Shown here: piece by piece, positions 42,280 through 53,393 of the stretch | Numbering within the stretch: position 1 is the first letter of the stretch | Layout of the letters: the number at the start of each line of letters is the position of its first letter | DNA from: Octopus vulgaris | Taxonomy: Eukaryota | Length of the DNA: 64,000 nucleotides | NCBI GenBank assembly: GCA_951406725.2 | Contig: OX597816.1 | Location: forward strand, 61,938,001 to 62,002,000 | Direction of reading: 5' to 3' | Translations under genes and position numbers: made by a program | Notes under the pieces: model-generated | Seen by the model: the letters and a program-made list of their open reading frames with translations, nothing else | What the model was told of the DNA's origin: nothing | The model's database searches: none

Positions 42280-44607
42280 TTATTGCTTATTTAGCTTGGG
42301 TTCGAATTTATCAATAAAATTATTTTCTCTGATTTTCCTCTCGATTTCACTTGGGCTGTGTAATTTGTAGAATGGAAATATTATATATATTTTCCGACCA
42401 CATGTTGCTAGGTGGTTACTCAAAGGTATCTGACGGACCTCTGGGTCTCTAATCTGTTGCCGGTGTACACGTGAGCGTTCTAATAGTGCGTTTCCCGTCT
42501 GACCTACATATATTTCTTCACAATTTGGGCATTTGATGCAGTAAATTAAATTTCTGCTTTTGCAGTTCATATTCGCGTTTGTGAATATTTTCCCGGTTTT
42601 TGTGTTTATATATTGACCGGTATGTATGAATTGGCATGTGCCACATCGGCTATCATTGCATTTAGATACCGTGAATGTTTGGTCTTTGTTGCTGAGGTCA
42701 AATTTTGCCTTTGTTAGTAATGTTTTCAAGTTTTTAGGCTGTCTTTTACTAAGCACCATAGCTCGATCCTTGATTATGTCTTTTAATTCATTACTTTGGG
42801 CAATGATTGGTAGGTTTGCTTTGGCAATGTTGAAGATATTCTGGTGACATGGGTTGTGTGTCACTATGAATGGTATGACTTGTTCTTGTTTTCCTCTTCC
42901 TTGGGTTGTCCTAAGTTGTTGTATAGGTATTTTTATAGCCCGCTGTATGCCATTTTCTATAAGTAGAGATGGGTATTTTTGTTTGAGCAAAAATTCTCTT
43001 AGTTCTATTAGGCGTTTGTTCCTGATATTTGCATCTTCTACAATAGTACAAATTCTTCTGGCTAGGCAGTATGGGATGTTACGTTTTGTATGTGGTGGAT
43101 GGCACGACTTAAAATTTAGGTATTGATGTGTGTCTGTGTGTTTATAGTATATATCTGTGGTGATGGTGGTGTCTTTTTTAATTACCATTATATCCAGGAA
43201 TGGTAATTTGGTACTACTCATCTCCTTTGTAAATTTGAGAGATGGGTGTAGGTTGTTCAGGAGGATATTGAACTCTTCCAGAGTATTTAGAGATTCTGTC
43301 CAGATTATGAAACAGTCGTCTAGGTATCTCTTCCATGCCTTTTCAATATACTTTCTAAATCCAGTGCCATAGTTTACCTCCACCTCTTGGTAGAGTTGTT
43401 CTTCTAAGTATCCCATTACAGAGTTGGCGTAAACGGGAGCAAACCTCGTTCCCATCGCCGTGCCTCTAATTTGGATGTAATTCTTTCCATTGAAGAAGAA
43501 TGTGTTATTTTCTAGAATAAGTTTGACTGTGTCTAATATAAATGGCACTGTGAATCTGCTGGGAATCACTTCTCTATGTTTTTCTAACCAGTATTTAATC
43601 GCCTTTATTCCTAAATCGTGTGGAATATTGGTGTAGAGGCTTACCACATCAAAACTTAGTAAAACTGAATTTGTTTCTGTTGTTTTGGGAAGATGGGACA
43701 GGAAGTCGATGTCATCCCTGATGAAACTTGGTATGTAAGTACATAGTGGTTTCAAAACAATGTCAATAAAATTGCTTAGACGGTGTGTAGGGCATGCTGG
43801 ACCAGCTATAATAGGTCTAAGTTTTAGGTCTTTTGGATGTAATAATTTTATGTACTCACTTTCTTGTTCTTTTACTGCCTGTTGAATGTTTTTTGATTTG
43901 TGTATTTTTGGTAAGCCGTAGAAGTTGCTGGGTTTTGGTTCAAAATTGGTGATGTAGTCTTTTTCATTATCCGTAAGTGAGTTGTGGTGTGTTGAAATCA
44001 GGTTGTTGATCTTTTTCATGATGTGGTGGTCTATATTTGCGGGTATTTCACAATAGAAGGTTGTATCCTTCAGTTGGTCTTCAACCAAATCCTTATAGTA
44101 TTCGGTATCCATAATAACAATTGCACCACCTTTATCTGCTTGTTTAATTATTATTGTTTGATCGTTTTGTATACGTTTACATGCAGACATCTCTGATTTG
44201 CTAATGTTTGGCCTAACATTGGTATTGCGTCTAAGGGGAAATTTAGACAGGATATCAATGTATCGGTCAAGGTAGTTATTTCTTCCTTTTGGTGGGGTGA
44301 AATTTGATTTATTCCTTACTAGGGATTCATCAATCTCATTACTTTTGTTAGCGAAGAATTCTACAAGTCGTAATTTTCGACAGAATTTTTGGATATCCTC
44401 CTTTAATTCTTGGTGGTTGGCTGTTGGTGTAGGTGTGAATTTCAGTCCTTTTGACAGAAGTTGGATTTCATCATTGTCAAGATCTCTTTTTGATAAATTA
44501 ATTATTTTAGGATCTATACGTTCAGTTGTTTGGGGTATGTTTCCTCTTGGATTTTTTCTTTCTCCGGTGTTTGTTGTCCTGACGTAAAAAAATGGATTTT
44601 TTTCTGG
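42280..44607 (-). CDS. PLE ORF2: reverse transcriptase + GIY-YIG endonuclease (775 open codons; first ATG at 44190)
   Basis: IINLS..LLSKGLKFTPTP, IKQADKGG, FYGLPKIHK, LRPIIAG, SFDVVSLYTNI, GTAMG, RYLDD, LPFLD, YYKHT, CNDSRCGTC linker, LIYCIKCPNC..YVGQT..H..H. The frame is stop-free from 44607, after TAA at 44608-44610. Confidence 0.95.
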   Translation of the reverse strand, partial: PEKNPFFYVRTTNTGERKNPRGNIPQTTERIDPKIINLSKRDLDNDEIQLLSKGLKFTPTPTANHQELKEDIQKFCRKLRLVEFFANKSNEIDESLVRNKSNFTPPKGRNNYLDRYIDILSKFPLRRNTNVRPNISKSEMSACKRIQNDQTIIIKQADKGGAIVIMDTEYYKDLVEDQLKDTTFYCEIPANIDHHIMKKINNLISTHHNSLTDNEKDYITNFEPKPSNFYGLPKIHKSKNIQQAVKEQESEYIKLLHPKDLKLRPIIAGPACPTHRLSNFIDIVLKPLCTYIPSFIRDDIDFLSHLPKTTETNSVLLSFDVVSLYTNIPHDLGIKAIKYWLEKHREVIPSRFTVPFILDTVKLILENNTFFFNGKNYIQIRGTAMGTRFAPVYANSVMGYLEEQLYQEVEVNYGTGFRKYIEKAWKRYLDDCFIIWTESLNTLEEFNILLNNLHPSLKFTKEMSSTKLPFLDIMVIKKDTTITTDIYYKHTDTHQYLNFKSCHPPHTKRNIPYCLARRICTIVEDANIRNKRLIELREFLLKQKYPSLLIENGIQRAIKIPIQQLRTTQGRGKQEQVIPFIVTHNPCHQNIFNIAKANLPIIAQSNELKDIIKDRAMVLSKRQPKNLKTLLTKAKFDLSNKDQTFTVSKCNDSRCGTCQFIHTGQYINTKTGKIFTNANMNCKSRNLIYCIKCPNCEEIYVGQTGNALLERSRVHRQQIRDPEVRQIPLSNHLATCGRKIYIIFPFYKLHSPSEIERKIRENNFIDKFEPKLNKQ

Positions 44608-45806
44608 TTATGATTTATATTCCTGTTGATGTTTGCTTGATGAATTTTGCGTTTTGGTTGTGGTACTTTACTTGGTTTCGTTATGTTTTCTGTCTTGTTT
44701 TTGGTATTATGTATGCTACTTTTCAATTTCTTGTTAGCATTGTTTTTAACCACCTGGAGAAATGATCTGGGTTTACTTCTAGATCTAGATCGGTTTTTTG
44801 TCCAGTTTCTTGTGGGTAATCTCTGTTGAGGTCTTGAAAATGATCTCCTGTTATTTCTACTGCTAATGGTCTGTTCAAAACAATATCTATTTTGTTTGTG
44901 CTTTTTGTTCATGTTGTGTGCATTAGGGTGTTTGCATACAAAATGGGAAGAGTTCTTACCGTAGTTCGTCTTCGATTCGTGGTGAAACGGGTGTTCATGT
45001 TGCCACGTGTTCTGGTGTATGTTGCGTTGGTGAGGTTGTCCACTTTTAATGCTATTTCTCGGAGTTCTGGTGTCTTTACCGTAATTTGTAGCATATTTGT
45101 CGAGAAATAATTGTTTCCGCTGCCAAAACTTTCTTGATCTGCTTTCTTCTTTTGAGATATCTCTGATCCATAGTTCTCGCATTTTTTCTGCTATATTGCC
45201 GGTCGTTAGTTTGGATATTTCATCTCTGATTTGATCATCGATAGCTTCGTATTTGGCTTTGTAGCGGGATTGTTTAGACAGGGTAATGGAGATGTCGGTC
45301 CTGAATTTTATCAAACTAAGGTCCCATCGAAGTTTAGTTTCTTCCTCTGGTTCTCCTGCAATTTCTTTAATTAGGTACTTCCGAGGAAGTATGGGTGCCG
45401 CTAAAGATATCCATTTCGAATGTATTTCAGCATATTTTTCGCATTTATATGCCTTCCAGAAGTTTTGTTTTCTTATGTTAAGGAGTTTTTTCCATGTCTT
45501 CTGTATCTCTTCTCTTTTTCGGTGTGCCTCTTTTTCCAGATTTCTATCGTTTATTTCTGACATCCAAGGAGGTTGTGGTAGGCTTTCTCTTGTAGATTTT
45601 ATAATTGTTGGTATCATTTCAGCTAAATTCTTAATTTCAGAGTTTATGTGTTCATTTCCAAGTTTTCCGTCTGTAGACTGTTTTTCTATTTCCTTTAAAA
45701 TAGAGGATTGTGTGTCAATCATCGTGATGAGTGTTGATAATTTCGATGAAATTTCCATTAGAATTCTTTCGGATTCTGTTAATTTTGTTTGTTGCTTTCC
45801 AGACAT
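44514..45806 (-). CDS. PLE ORF1, 430 aa: coiled-coil-like N-terminus and basic R/S/K/N-rich C-terminus
   Basis: Open 1293 nt from the first ATG (MSGKQQ) inside the element; heptad-like L/I spacing, then RSRSRSKPRS low complexity; overlaps ORF2 by 94 nt. Confidence 0.85.
   Translation of the reverse strand: MSGKQQTKLTESERILMEISSKLSTLITMIDTQSSILKEIEKQSTDGKLGNEHINSEIKNLAEMIPTIIKSTRESLPQPPWMSEINDRNLEKEAHRKREEIQKTWKKLLNIRKQNFWKAYKCEKYAEIHSKWISLAAPILPRKYLIKEIAGEPEEETKLRWDLSLIKFRTDISITLSKQSRYKAKYEAIDDQIRDEISKLTTGNIAEKMRELWIRDISKEESRSRKFWQRKQLFLDKYATNYGKDTRTPRNSIKSGQPHQRNIHQNTWQHEHPFHHESKTNYGKNSSHFVCKHPNAHNMNKKHKQNRYCFEQTISSRNNRRSFSRPQQRLPTRNWTKNRSRSRSKPRSFLQVVKNNANKKLKSSIHNTKNKTENITKPSKVPQPKRKIHQANINRNINHNQKKIHFFTSGQQTPEKEKIQEETYPKQLNV
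44586..44592 (-). promoter_or_regulatory. candidate -1 ribosomal frameshift slippery heptamer U_UUU_UUU
   Basis: ORF1 reads CAU UUU UUU ACG; a -1 slip enters ORF2 as UUU UUU UAC GUC. Confidence 0.5.
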
Positions 45807-46013
45807 GTTGGCATATACACAATAGGAATATAGATATATATATATATATGGGTGTGTGTGATTGTGTATAGAAGAATATATTAATAAAAAGAATTCCAAC
45901 CTTGTCTGATTTTCACGTTTTATTTACAATCTTATAATGATATATTATAAGATAATATATTATAATTGAATAAAATAAAATGAAATAGTAGAATGTTAAA
46001 TATTCATTCTGAT

Positions 46014-46058
46014 TGAACTAGTACTTTCATGCATTGAATTCTGCAATCTTCGGGTTCA
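46014..46058 (-). ncRNA. minimal type I hammerhead ribozyme (5' pLTR copy)
   Basis: Same sequence as 41747-41791; predicted cut between 46019 and 46018. Confidence 0.8.
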
Positions 46059-46094
46059 TGTAGTAGTGTTGACAGTCATGCTTCACAATTTTTG

Positions 46095-46235
46095 ACTGTA
46101 GCAAGATGAGTGATTCTGTGCCATAAATACAGCTGGGTAGGCTCCAGAGTGCTAGGTTTTGCAAACTGTATTCTGACCAATCAGTGTGTAGTATCACTCA
46201 ATTACTTAAGCTGATTGGTTGGTTGAGCTGATTGG
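46095..46235 (-). promoter_or_regulatory. putative Pol II promoter in the pLTR
   Basis: Three CCAATCAG boxes (CCAAT at 46231-35, 46214-18 and inverted 46177-81), TATTTAT at 46123-29, and Inr-like CAGT about 30 nt downstream. Confidence 0.55.
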
Positions 46236-46384
46236 TTTAGGCATCACGCTTTGTTGGACAGGTCAAGAGTATATATATATATAGTTAATCCAAACATGAA
46301 ATCACAAAAAGAAAACACAACAACACGAGGACGTGGAACAAGTATGGTGTTAATGGACGCCCAGGAAAGGAAAGAAAGAAAAAG

Positions 46385-46420
46385 GATTTAACGTTTCGTG
46401 CGGAGCTCTTCGTCAGAAGC
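46385..46420 (-). ncRNA. degenerate minimal HHR in a different PLE-tail fragment (~46284-46500)
   Basis: Minus strand CUGACGA-AGAGC-ucc-GCAC-GAAA-CG-UUA; stem I is weak. Confidence 0.5.
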
Positions 46421-46504
46421 ATAGGAAAAGGAAAGATTCAAGGAAGGTAAGATGGAAAAAAGAAAATCGCCAACGATACACACGCGGTCACATTTTGAAT
46501 GACC

Positions 46505-46960
46505 GATGTGTGTGTATATATGTATTTGTCTAAATGAAGGGGACGATCCCACTGCTTTCGCAACTGCTTTAAGATTTGTGAGATCGAAGTATTTGAATAC
46601 GAAGGTTATAGGTAAAGATGTGTCTACGGAGGAATTTTCGGAGAGCGGACTTTTCTGCAGCCTAGGATAAATAGATTATTACGGTGTGGAGTGGTTACGT
46701 GTGCAGAAACGGATTATGGTGGTGGGGAGGAAGATGAGTGATTCAGGTGAATCTGAGCAGAGGTAGCACAGTCTAAGTGGGTAGGGTCACAGAGGTTTTA
46801 GAATAAGTAAGGCGGCATCACTTATGGATATATAGTAGAAGTACTGTCACAAACGTTGAGCAGTATTCAATTTTGGTATTCACTTGAGCTTTTTATAAGT
46901 GATTAAGTATTTTCTGTGAAAGCCAGCGTTCGTCAAGTAGTGTAAGTGAAAGTGAAAGTG
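46505..46960 (-). pseudogene. 3' relic of a Jockey/CR1/L2-like LINE
   Basis: Minus strand KAQVNTKIEYCS resembles the YKAQVRPxLEYCS thumb motif. Confidence 0.45.
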
Positions 46961-48829
46961 TAAGTGAAAGCCAGCGTTCGTCAAGTAGTGTAAGTATTAG
47001 ATAATGTTAACATATTAAAAGTAAATCTGAATGATGTAACTGATAGGTAATATCCGAACCACAACAAAGGGAAAGAACGCATATATTTGTAAACACTTTT
47101 ATGAAATTTAACATATTTGAGAAAGAAGAAGCAGTTACAGGACTCAGTGATTGATAATATAACACAAAGCGAACGCTAAGTGAAGAAACCTTAGTATAGA
47201 ATTAAGCAGGTAAGTGATAAGAGATGCCCTAGGAGAAGAGATGGCATATCGTTGAAAAACATTTTCTTATTAAGAATTAAAGCCATTGCATAAAATGAAG
47301 CAAATCTGGAATCCTTTAATTCAAAAACGATCTTCAGCTCTATGAAAATCTTTTCTTGACACACGATTTATCAGATGAAGATAATAATAGAACTGAAATA
47401 AATTAATCTATGCAATGGGAAATGCAATATCTATGGATATGCATTAAAGTAGATGTTACTGAATCAAACTTTCCTTTGGAAGTAAATGAAATTTGAATGC
47501 GTTCACTTACTAAAAACCAGTTTAGTTCATAATTATTTCTTGATTTTTACATGAGCGCGAAGAACTATGTAGGATAGGACATATTTTCGCTTATTTTGGA
47601 CAGCACCAATAAGTGTAACACATTTTAAATGATAACTGATAAATCCATTACAAATGAAATAATATATCACCACCAAAACCTGACTTTTTTGTCCATAGTC
47701 CTCAGAAAGCGTTTTAAACGTGTTGCGCCACAACTACAGAGCTTGATCAAACATGTATTTAGGTTGATTAATTTACCAGAAGAGTTTAATGATTCATTTA
47801 ATGAGATGGCGGATATAAGGTGTTATTGGCTGGCTTGAAATTCTTTAAAGATAAAAGATAGTAATAAAAATTCCAGATCGCAATTGCATAAAGATTTTTG
47901 ATCGTATAGAGTAGTTAACCAGTTGGATTACATTGGCTAAGCTACTGATTGCAATGTTACTTGTAAATACACGTGAGTACTGGATGTGATCACCGGAGGA
48001 AAAAGTGTCAAAAAGAAGTCATGGAGTCTCCATTAACAATCTAAAATCGTATCAGGAAGACTACTCAAAGCTGAAAATAGCTATTGATAGAGTGGAAGAT
48101 GACCGTAACACAGAACCATGCTATGATTTCAAAGAATGTGCAAATATTGTTTATATTAGAATGCTGTTGATAAACAAAGCAGCATTGGGGGTATTCTATG
48201 AAAGGATTAACTTGCTTGATGTAGAAATGTATAATAATTATTGACTATGAATACAGTGAAAAGCTAGCTAAAGTATAAATATTCACAAAGATATCATCTG
48301 AATGAAAAATTTGCTCAAACTGAGACTATTCTATAAGAATCTAGTGAAAGCCATAAATTACGTTGTCCCTCTGGCTGAGTGTGTGTGGTGTGATAAACGA
48401 GGTTGAATACGCCAAAGTAAAACTGCAGATTCGTGGTAGAATCTGGAGAAAGGCATGTAAAATATCATTCAGGACAAAGATCAATGGACGCAATAGAGTC
48501 TAGTGTATGAAGAGCGATATCTAAGTAAATAAAACTTGAAGAGCTCAGCTATATGGCAATGAAAAGGTGGGGATAAATGCGTAATAAATGGAATTGAGAT
48601 GAAAAGAGTTTACCAAGCTTACGAGTGAAAGAATGGTGACATTTAGGGATTTGGATAGAAGGAATGGGAAAATAATGAATAGTATATGAAAGGAATTCTA
48701 GACGAACAGAAATGCTAAATATTAAAATAACTCAGAGAATCAAGGGTGCAGTCATAGATACGATGAGGAAGTTCGCTTTTCAACTCTATTATATAGTTCC
48801 GTGTTCGATTCTTCTGCACCACAGTTTGG

Positions 48830-50060
48830 GGATCTTTTCATTTTCAAGGCCTGATTGTCAGATTTTTCTAGTTAACTAAATAATTTGAAACTTCGTATAC
48901 TGGTAGAGTGTCTCAAAAGAAAACACTAGTTTCAACTTGTTTATTTGAGAAAAATGTATTTTATAACTTTAAACGTAGATTAAATCTGCGAATTTTAACC
49001 AATCGTATTGTTTGTTTTCATTTGAAATAATTAACTGCATTATCTTAGTGTGACGTAGAAAGCTATTTTGTGACGTAGACAGTGTAAGTGAAGTACTTCT
49101 ATTAGTGTGTGTGAAGAGACAGAGAGAGTAATGTGTGAAAGAGAGAGATAACTGAAATTTTTTACTCGGTGTATGTGTATATGTATGTATGCATGTATGT
49201 GTGTGTGTGTGTGTATGTATCTATGTATGTGTGTGTGTGTATGTATGTGTATGTACGTGTGTGTATGTATGTATGTATGGTCGATTCAGTGTTTACATTA
49301 TTTCGAGTTAAAACGAAAGATTACCAAAAAAAAATGTGTCTATATCTTCGATCACTGTCATTATTCCATTGAGTCAACCTCATTATTTTCTACATAGCAA
49401 AGGTAATCTTTCGTTTTAACTCGAAATAATGTAAACACTGAATCGGCCATACATACATACACATGCATACACACACATACATACACATACACATACACAC
49501 ATACATAGATACATACACACACACACACATACATGCATACATACATATACACATACACCGGGTAAAAAATTTCAGTTATCACGGAAAGGTCTACTACAAA
49601 CGAAAGATTGCCAAAGATAAAAAGTTACAGAAATAAAAGTTACAAGAATAAAGTAAGGAATAAAAATCTTTAAAAATATACGAAAATTTACAAAAACTAA
49701 GTTAGTTATATAATATATAAGTTTAATATATAAGTTAGTTAATAATATATAAAAAAATGTGAATAAAAACGAAAGGAATACGGTAACCGGGTATTTACAT
49801 TTCACGTATGTTAACTACGTCAGCAAAATAGCCGTTTACGTCTATTGAGACGGAGTAAATAATATGAAGCCGAAAGACCGAATACCATTGGTTAAAATTC
49901 TAATTATTAAACAACGTTAAACTTAGAAATTACAATTCCGTTTTCATTCTGGCTTACAATTATGTTTTCTTTTGACACATTCTACCAGTATACGAAGTTT
50001 CAAATTGTTTGGTTAAGTAGGAAAAATCTGACAAATCAGGCCTTGAAAATGAAAAGATCC
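48830..50060. mobile_element. non-autonomous foldback DNA transposon with long TIRs and 8-bp TSD
   Basis: GGATCTTTTCATTTTCAAGGCCTGATT.../...AATCAGGCCTTGAAAATGAAAAGATCC; CAGTTTGG duplicated at 48822-29 and 50061-68; splits an old plus-strand family B SINE; inner IR 49147-49326/49401-49580. Confidence 0.85.
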
Positions 50061-50333
50061 CAGTTTGGCTGTGTCTTCAGTAACATTTTCAGGTTGACCA
50101 ACAGATTGTTGATATAATTTGGTCGTACAAAATTAAACCGTACAAAAAAGCCTTTCGTGTCTGTTTGTATATGGAAATACAAACATCAACAAGGAAACTA
50201 AAAAAAAAACTGCTTTGTGTGAATTACTTTGCGATACTTGATGCACAACGAGTTACCGGTACTCTCTTGTAACTCTTTCCATCAGAAATGTAGTGACTGA
50301 TTATTGGCTTCGAAGAACCAACAACGTGAACCA

Positions 50334-50390
<57 letters not shown>

Positions 50391-51939
50391 TAAATAAACA
50401 TCCTTAAACAATCCTTATTCAGAGACCTTTTGAGCGGAACGGGCTACTTGACCTGAAGAAAATTCTAACTGGGCTCCACCTGCAATGTCAAGCGCTGTTT
50501 ATCTTGATATGAGATCACCATGTCGCGCACACATTGACAGCTTGACAGCTGCTGGATGTGTTCTTCGCTGCACTGACCAGTTAGCAGCCGAAGACAAAGT
50601 AACTCTAATACAACCCAGCAGAACAACTGAAAAATAACTAAAAAAAACTGGAACATCTACAATTTCTTGTGAGTATTTAAAATTTCCCTAAAAATAAAAT
50701 TGAAAACTTACCTGTCCGCATTTTTTTTTGACGAACACGAGTATTCGAAAATGCAAACTTCCTTTTTTATTGCAAGAACACTGCAGTTTTCTCTGGTCGG
50801 ATATACAAACGAACATCTTTAGAAAACTTAAAAACTTTAATATATACAAGTTTCTGTGGAAATTTTCCATTCTTTTCTCTCTTACTACTCGAATATATAA
50901 ACATGCCTTTTATTGCAACAACACGATTAAACGCACGATAAAAATTAAGGGGATAAGCACCTGGCAATATATACAAGCTGTACAATTACGAAAACTGTAA
51001 ACCTCAGCAAAACTTATAATTCAAAAAATTTTTTAAATTCAAAAAAGTTCAAAATTTCAAAACATCGACGTGGTAAACATCAGTATATATATATTATTTT
51101 TTTTCTTTTTTCTGTCAGTAATTAAAAACAGAACGAGGTGAATTCGTTCTTTCCAAGGCTAAGGTCAGCGCTCTCATTGATCGCTAGTTGTAGTAAATAC
51201 ATTTGACCTCTGCTGACCGTAAGGATGTGACGCTTCTTTTGTTTCCTGGTCGTACAGGAATGCGAGGCTTCATTGTTGATCTCCTCACCATCTACCGAAA
51301 CTATTTACAGACCTGTGGAATTTGGTCTGTTCATGAAGCTGCTTCTCTTCTTCCTCCTATCGGCTCCAACCCTCATATTTATGATTACCTCAATTACAAG
51401 ACAAAAGTCGAAACTAAACAATATTTAATTATACCTATTTCTTTATTGCCCACAAGGGGCTAAACATAGAGGGGACAAACAAGGACAGACATAGGTATTA
51501 AGTCGATTACATCGATCCCAGTGCGTAACTGGTACTTAATTTATCGACGAGCAAAGATGGCTGACTTAACTAAATAACTATTATACTGCGCCATGGCTAT
51601 AGAGATTAGCTGACGCGATTCAGATCAAGGCACTATTGTTGGTACCTAACGATGAACAATGCTGTGATGGCCAGGTTAAGGTAGTTGTAACGGTATTAAT
51701 GGCGGAGTTGACAATAGTGTCAGATACAACAACCGTCTCTACATCTGCCACACAAGGCTCAATACTACTAATTTTAATGTAGCACAAATATGTTTAACCA
51801 AGCAAAAAGGAAAACTACAACAGTACACGAAATCGCTTGTCCTATGATTAATATGGAAGCGCGTCCCCCAGGAAAGAGCCAGCCTGGGGTCGAAAAGTCA
51901 TCCACTGATACAAACTCTTCTCTGAATACTACGTACTGT

Positions 51940-53125
51940 GAACGCATTCAGTGATGACATCATGATGGTATTTGGTCTTGATAAATGTGCCAAGGTCACT
52001 TTCCAGAAAGAGAAATTGAAGAGTAGTACAAGCATGAAAGAAAACATGAAGGAATGTTACAGAGAGTTTCATCGGTCCTAAATTCCGTGTTATATGCATG
52101 TAGCAAGATGTCAGCTATAAATTACTTAGCAGTTTCGATTGTTATTTACAGTTTCAGGGTGTTCAACTGGAATATGAGCGAAATAACAAAGATTGGCAGA
52201 AAAATCCGTAAGCTACTGACTTGCAATAAGATGCACCACCCAAAGGCAAGCGCAGATCGTCTGTACCTATCTAGATCTCAAGGAGGTCGAGGTTTGATCC
52301 AATTAAAAATCTCTTACAAAACCACCACAATTGGACTGGCAAAATATCTTGAAACATCTAACGACTGAATGTTAAAGCTCGTTGAAAACTACGAGAGACG
52401 TAAGAAGCTTCATTCTCATATGAAAGAGAGCAAACAATTTGCTAATGAGTTTATGCATAATACTCAGGTTGAACAGCATGATTGATGAAGTTACAAAGAA
52501 TGTCAAATCAATAGCAAAGCAAAATGTGTTTGAACAGGTGACTGATAGGTGAGATTAAAAAACCTCTGCATGGCAAATACGTGGCTCGTAGCAAACAAGC
52601 TGATGTTGACCAGAAGCGCATACATCAGTGGTTATGGAGTTCAGGGCTAAAGGAAGAGAGTGAAGGTTTTATCTTGGTTGCTCAAAATCAGTGCTTATTG
52701 ACCCGAAACTATTAGGCCAATGTGATGAAAAATGGAGTAGACCCAAATTGCCGATACTGCAACGATGGGATTGAAAGAGTGGTGTAAGGTTTTAGCACCT
52801 GTAGAGTACAAATCAAGACATGACAGAATTGGCCAATATCTACAATGAATAATGTGTTGGCATTATAAAATCAAAAGTGCTGACAAACGGTACAAGCACT
52901 ACCCTGAGACTGTAAGTGAGGGAGAAAATGTAACGATTCTTTGAGACTTCCCAATGTGTACGTCCCGGACTGTCAAAGCAAATAAACCACATATTGTTGT
53001 GAAAGACCAAAACACTAAAGACTGTTTATTGATTGACATGAGCTTACTCCGTGAAAATAATATCTCGGCAAAAGAATTTAAACTCATAAAGATTTTCTAA
53101 TCGAAATCAAAAGGATGTGGCCTTA
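51940..53125 (+). mobile_element. decayed R4/Dong-type non-LTR retrotransposon
   Basis: FSDDIMMVFGLDKCAK, MHHPKASADRLYLSRSQGGRGL, PLHGKY, ESEGFILVAQNQ, CRYC, RHDRIGQ, ANKPHIVV..LLIDM, with many stops. Confidence 0.85.
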
Positions 53126-53393
53126 AAAGACATGCTGGAGAGTATATAATACTGATAGGGTGGTCACGTGATCATAGGTCTAATTAGTCAGGACCGTCAT
53201 TAACCTGAGACTAAAATACAGCAAAGCAAACTCTAAAACCTATGGAAGATAACGATATGACTTCGGTATTGATCAATCTAAATTGAATAAATGACTCGAA
53301 GTGAAATTAAGTTAACCTGATAATTAAAAAGCAGTTGTAGGTTTGAGGTAGGTCGTGCCTGATAGAATAAATCTTATAGTTGTGGTCATTGTA

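Larger units (their letters stand above)
41614..46270 (-). mobile_element. intact-looking Penelope-like retroelement (Naiad/Neptune-type, C-terminal GIY-YIG) inserted in (TA)n
   Basis: Direct 390-bp pseudo-LTRs, PLE-type RT, Cys linker and GIY-YIG, an HHR in each pLTR, and (TA)n on both flanks. Confidence 0.95.
45881..46270 (-). repeat. 5' pseudo-LTR
   Basis: Identical by eye to 41614-42003. Confidence 0.95.

Noticed and set aside
42280-44607. Selenocysteine recoding as reported for some Naiad PLEs
   Set aside because: No in-frame UGA in ORF2; the Cys positions are normal codons and the stop is UAA.
42626-45825. Plus-strand ORFs inside the PLE
   Set aside because: Antisense shadows of ORF1 and ORF2 with no motifs.
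45807-45899. 31-codon N-terminal extension of ORF1 in the ORF track
   Set aside because: Starts at TTG inside the pLTR end and runs through (TA)n; the ATG at 45806 is more credible.
47000-48740. Possible RTE-like LINE relic
   Set aside because: Only faint motif hints; too decayed to call.
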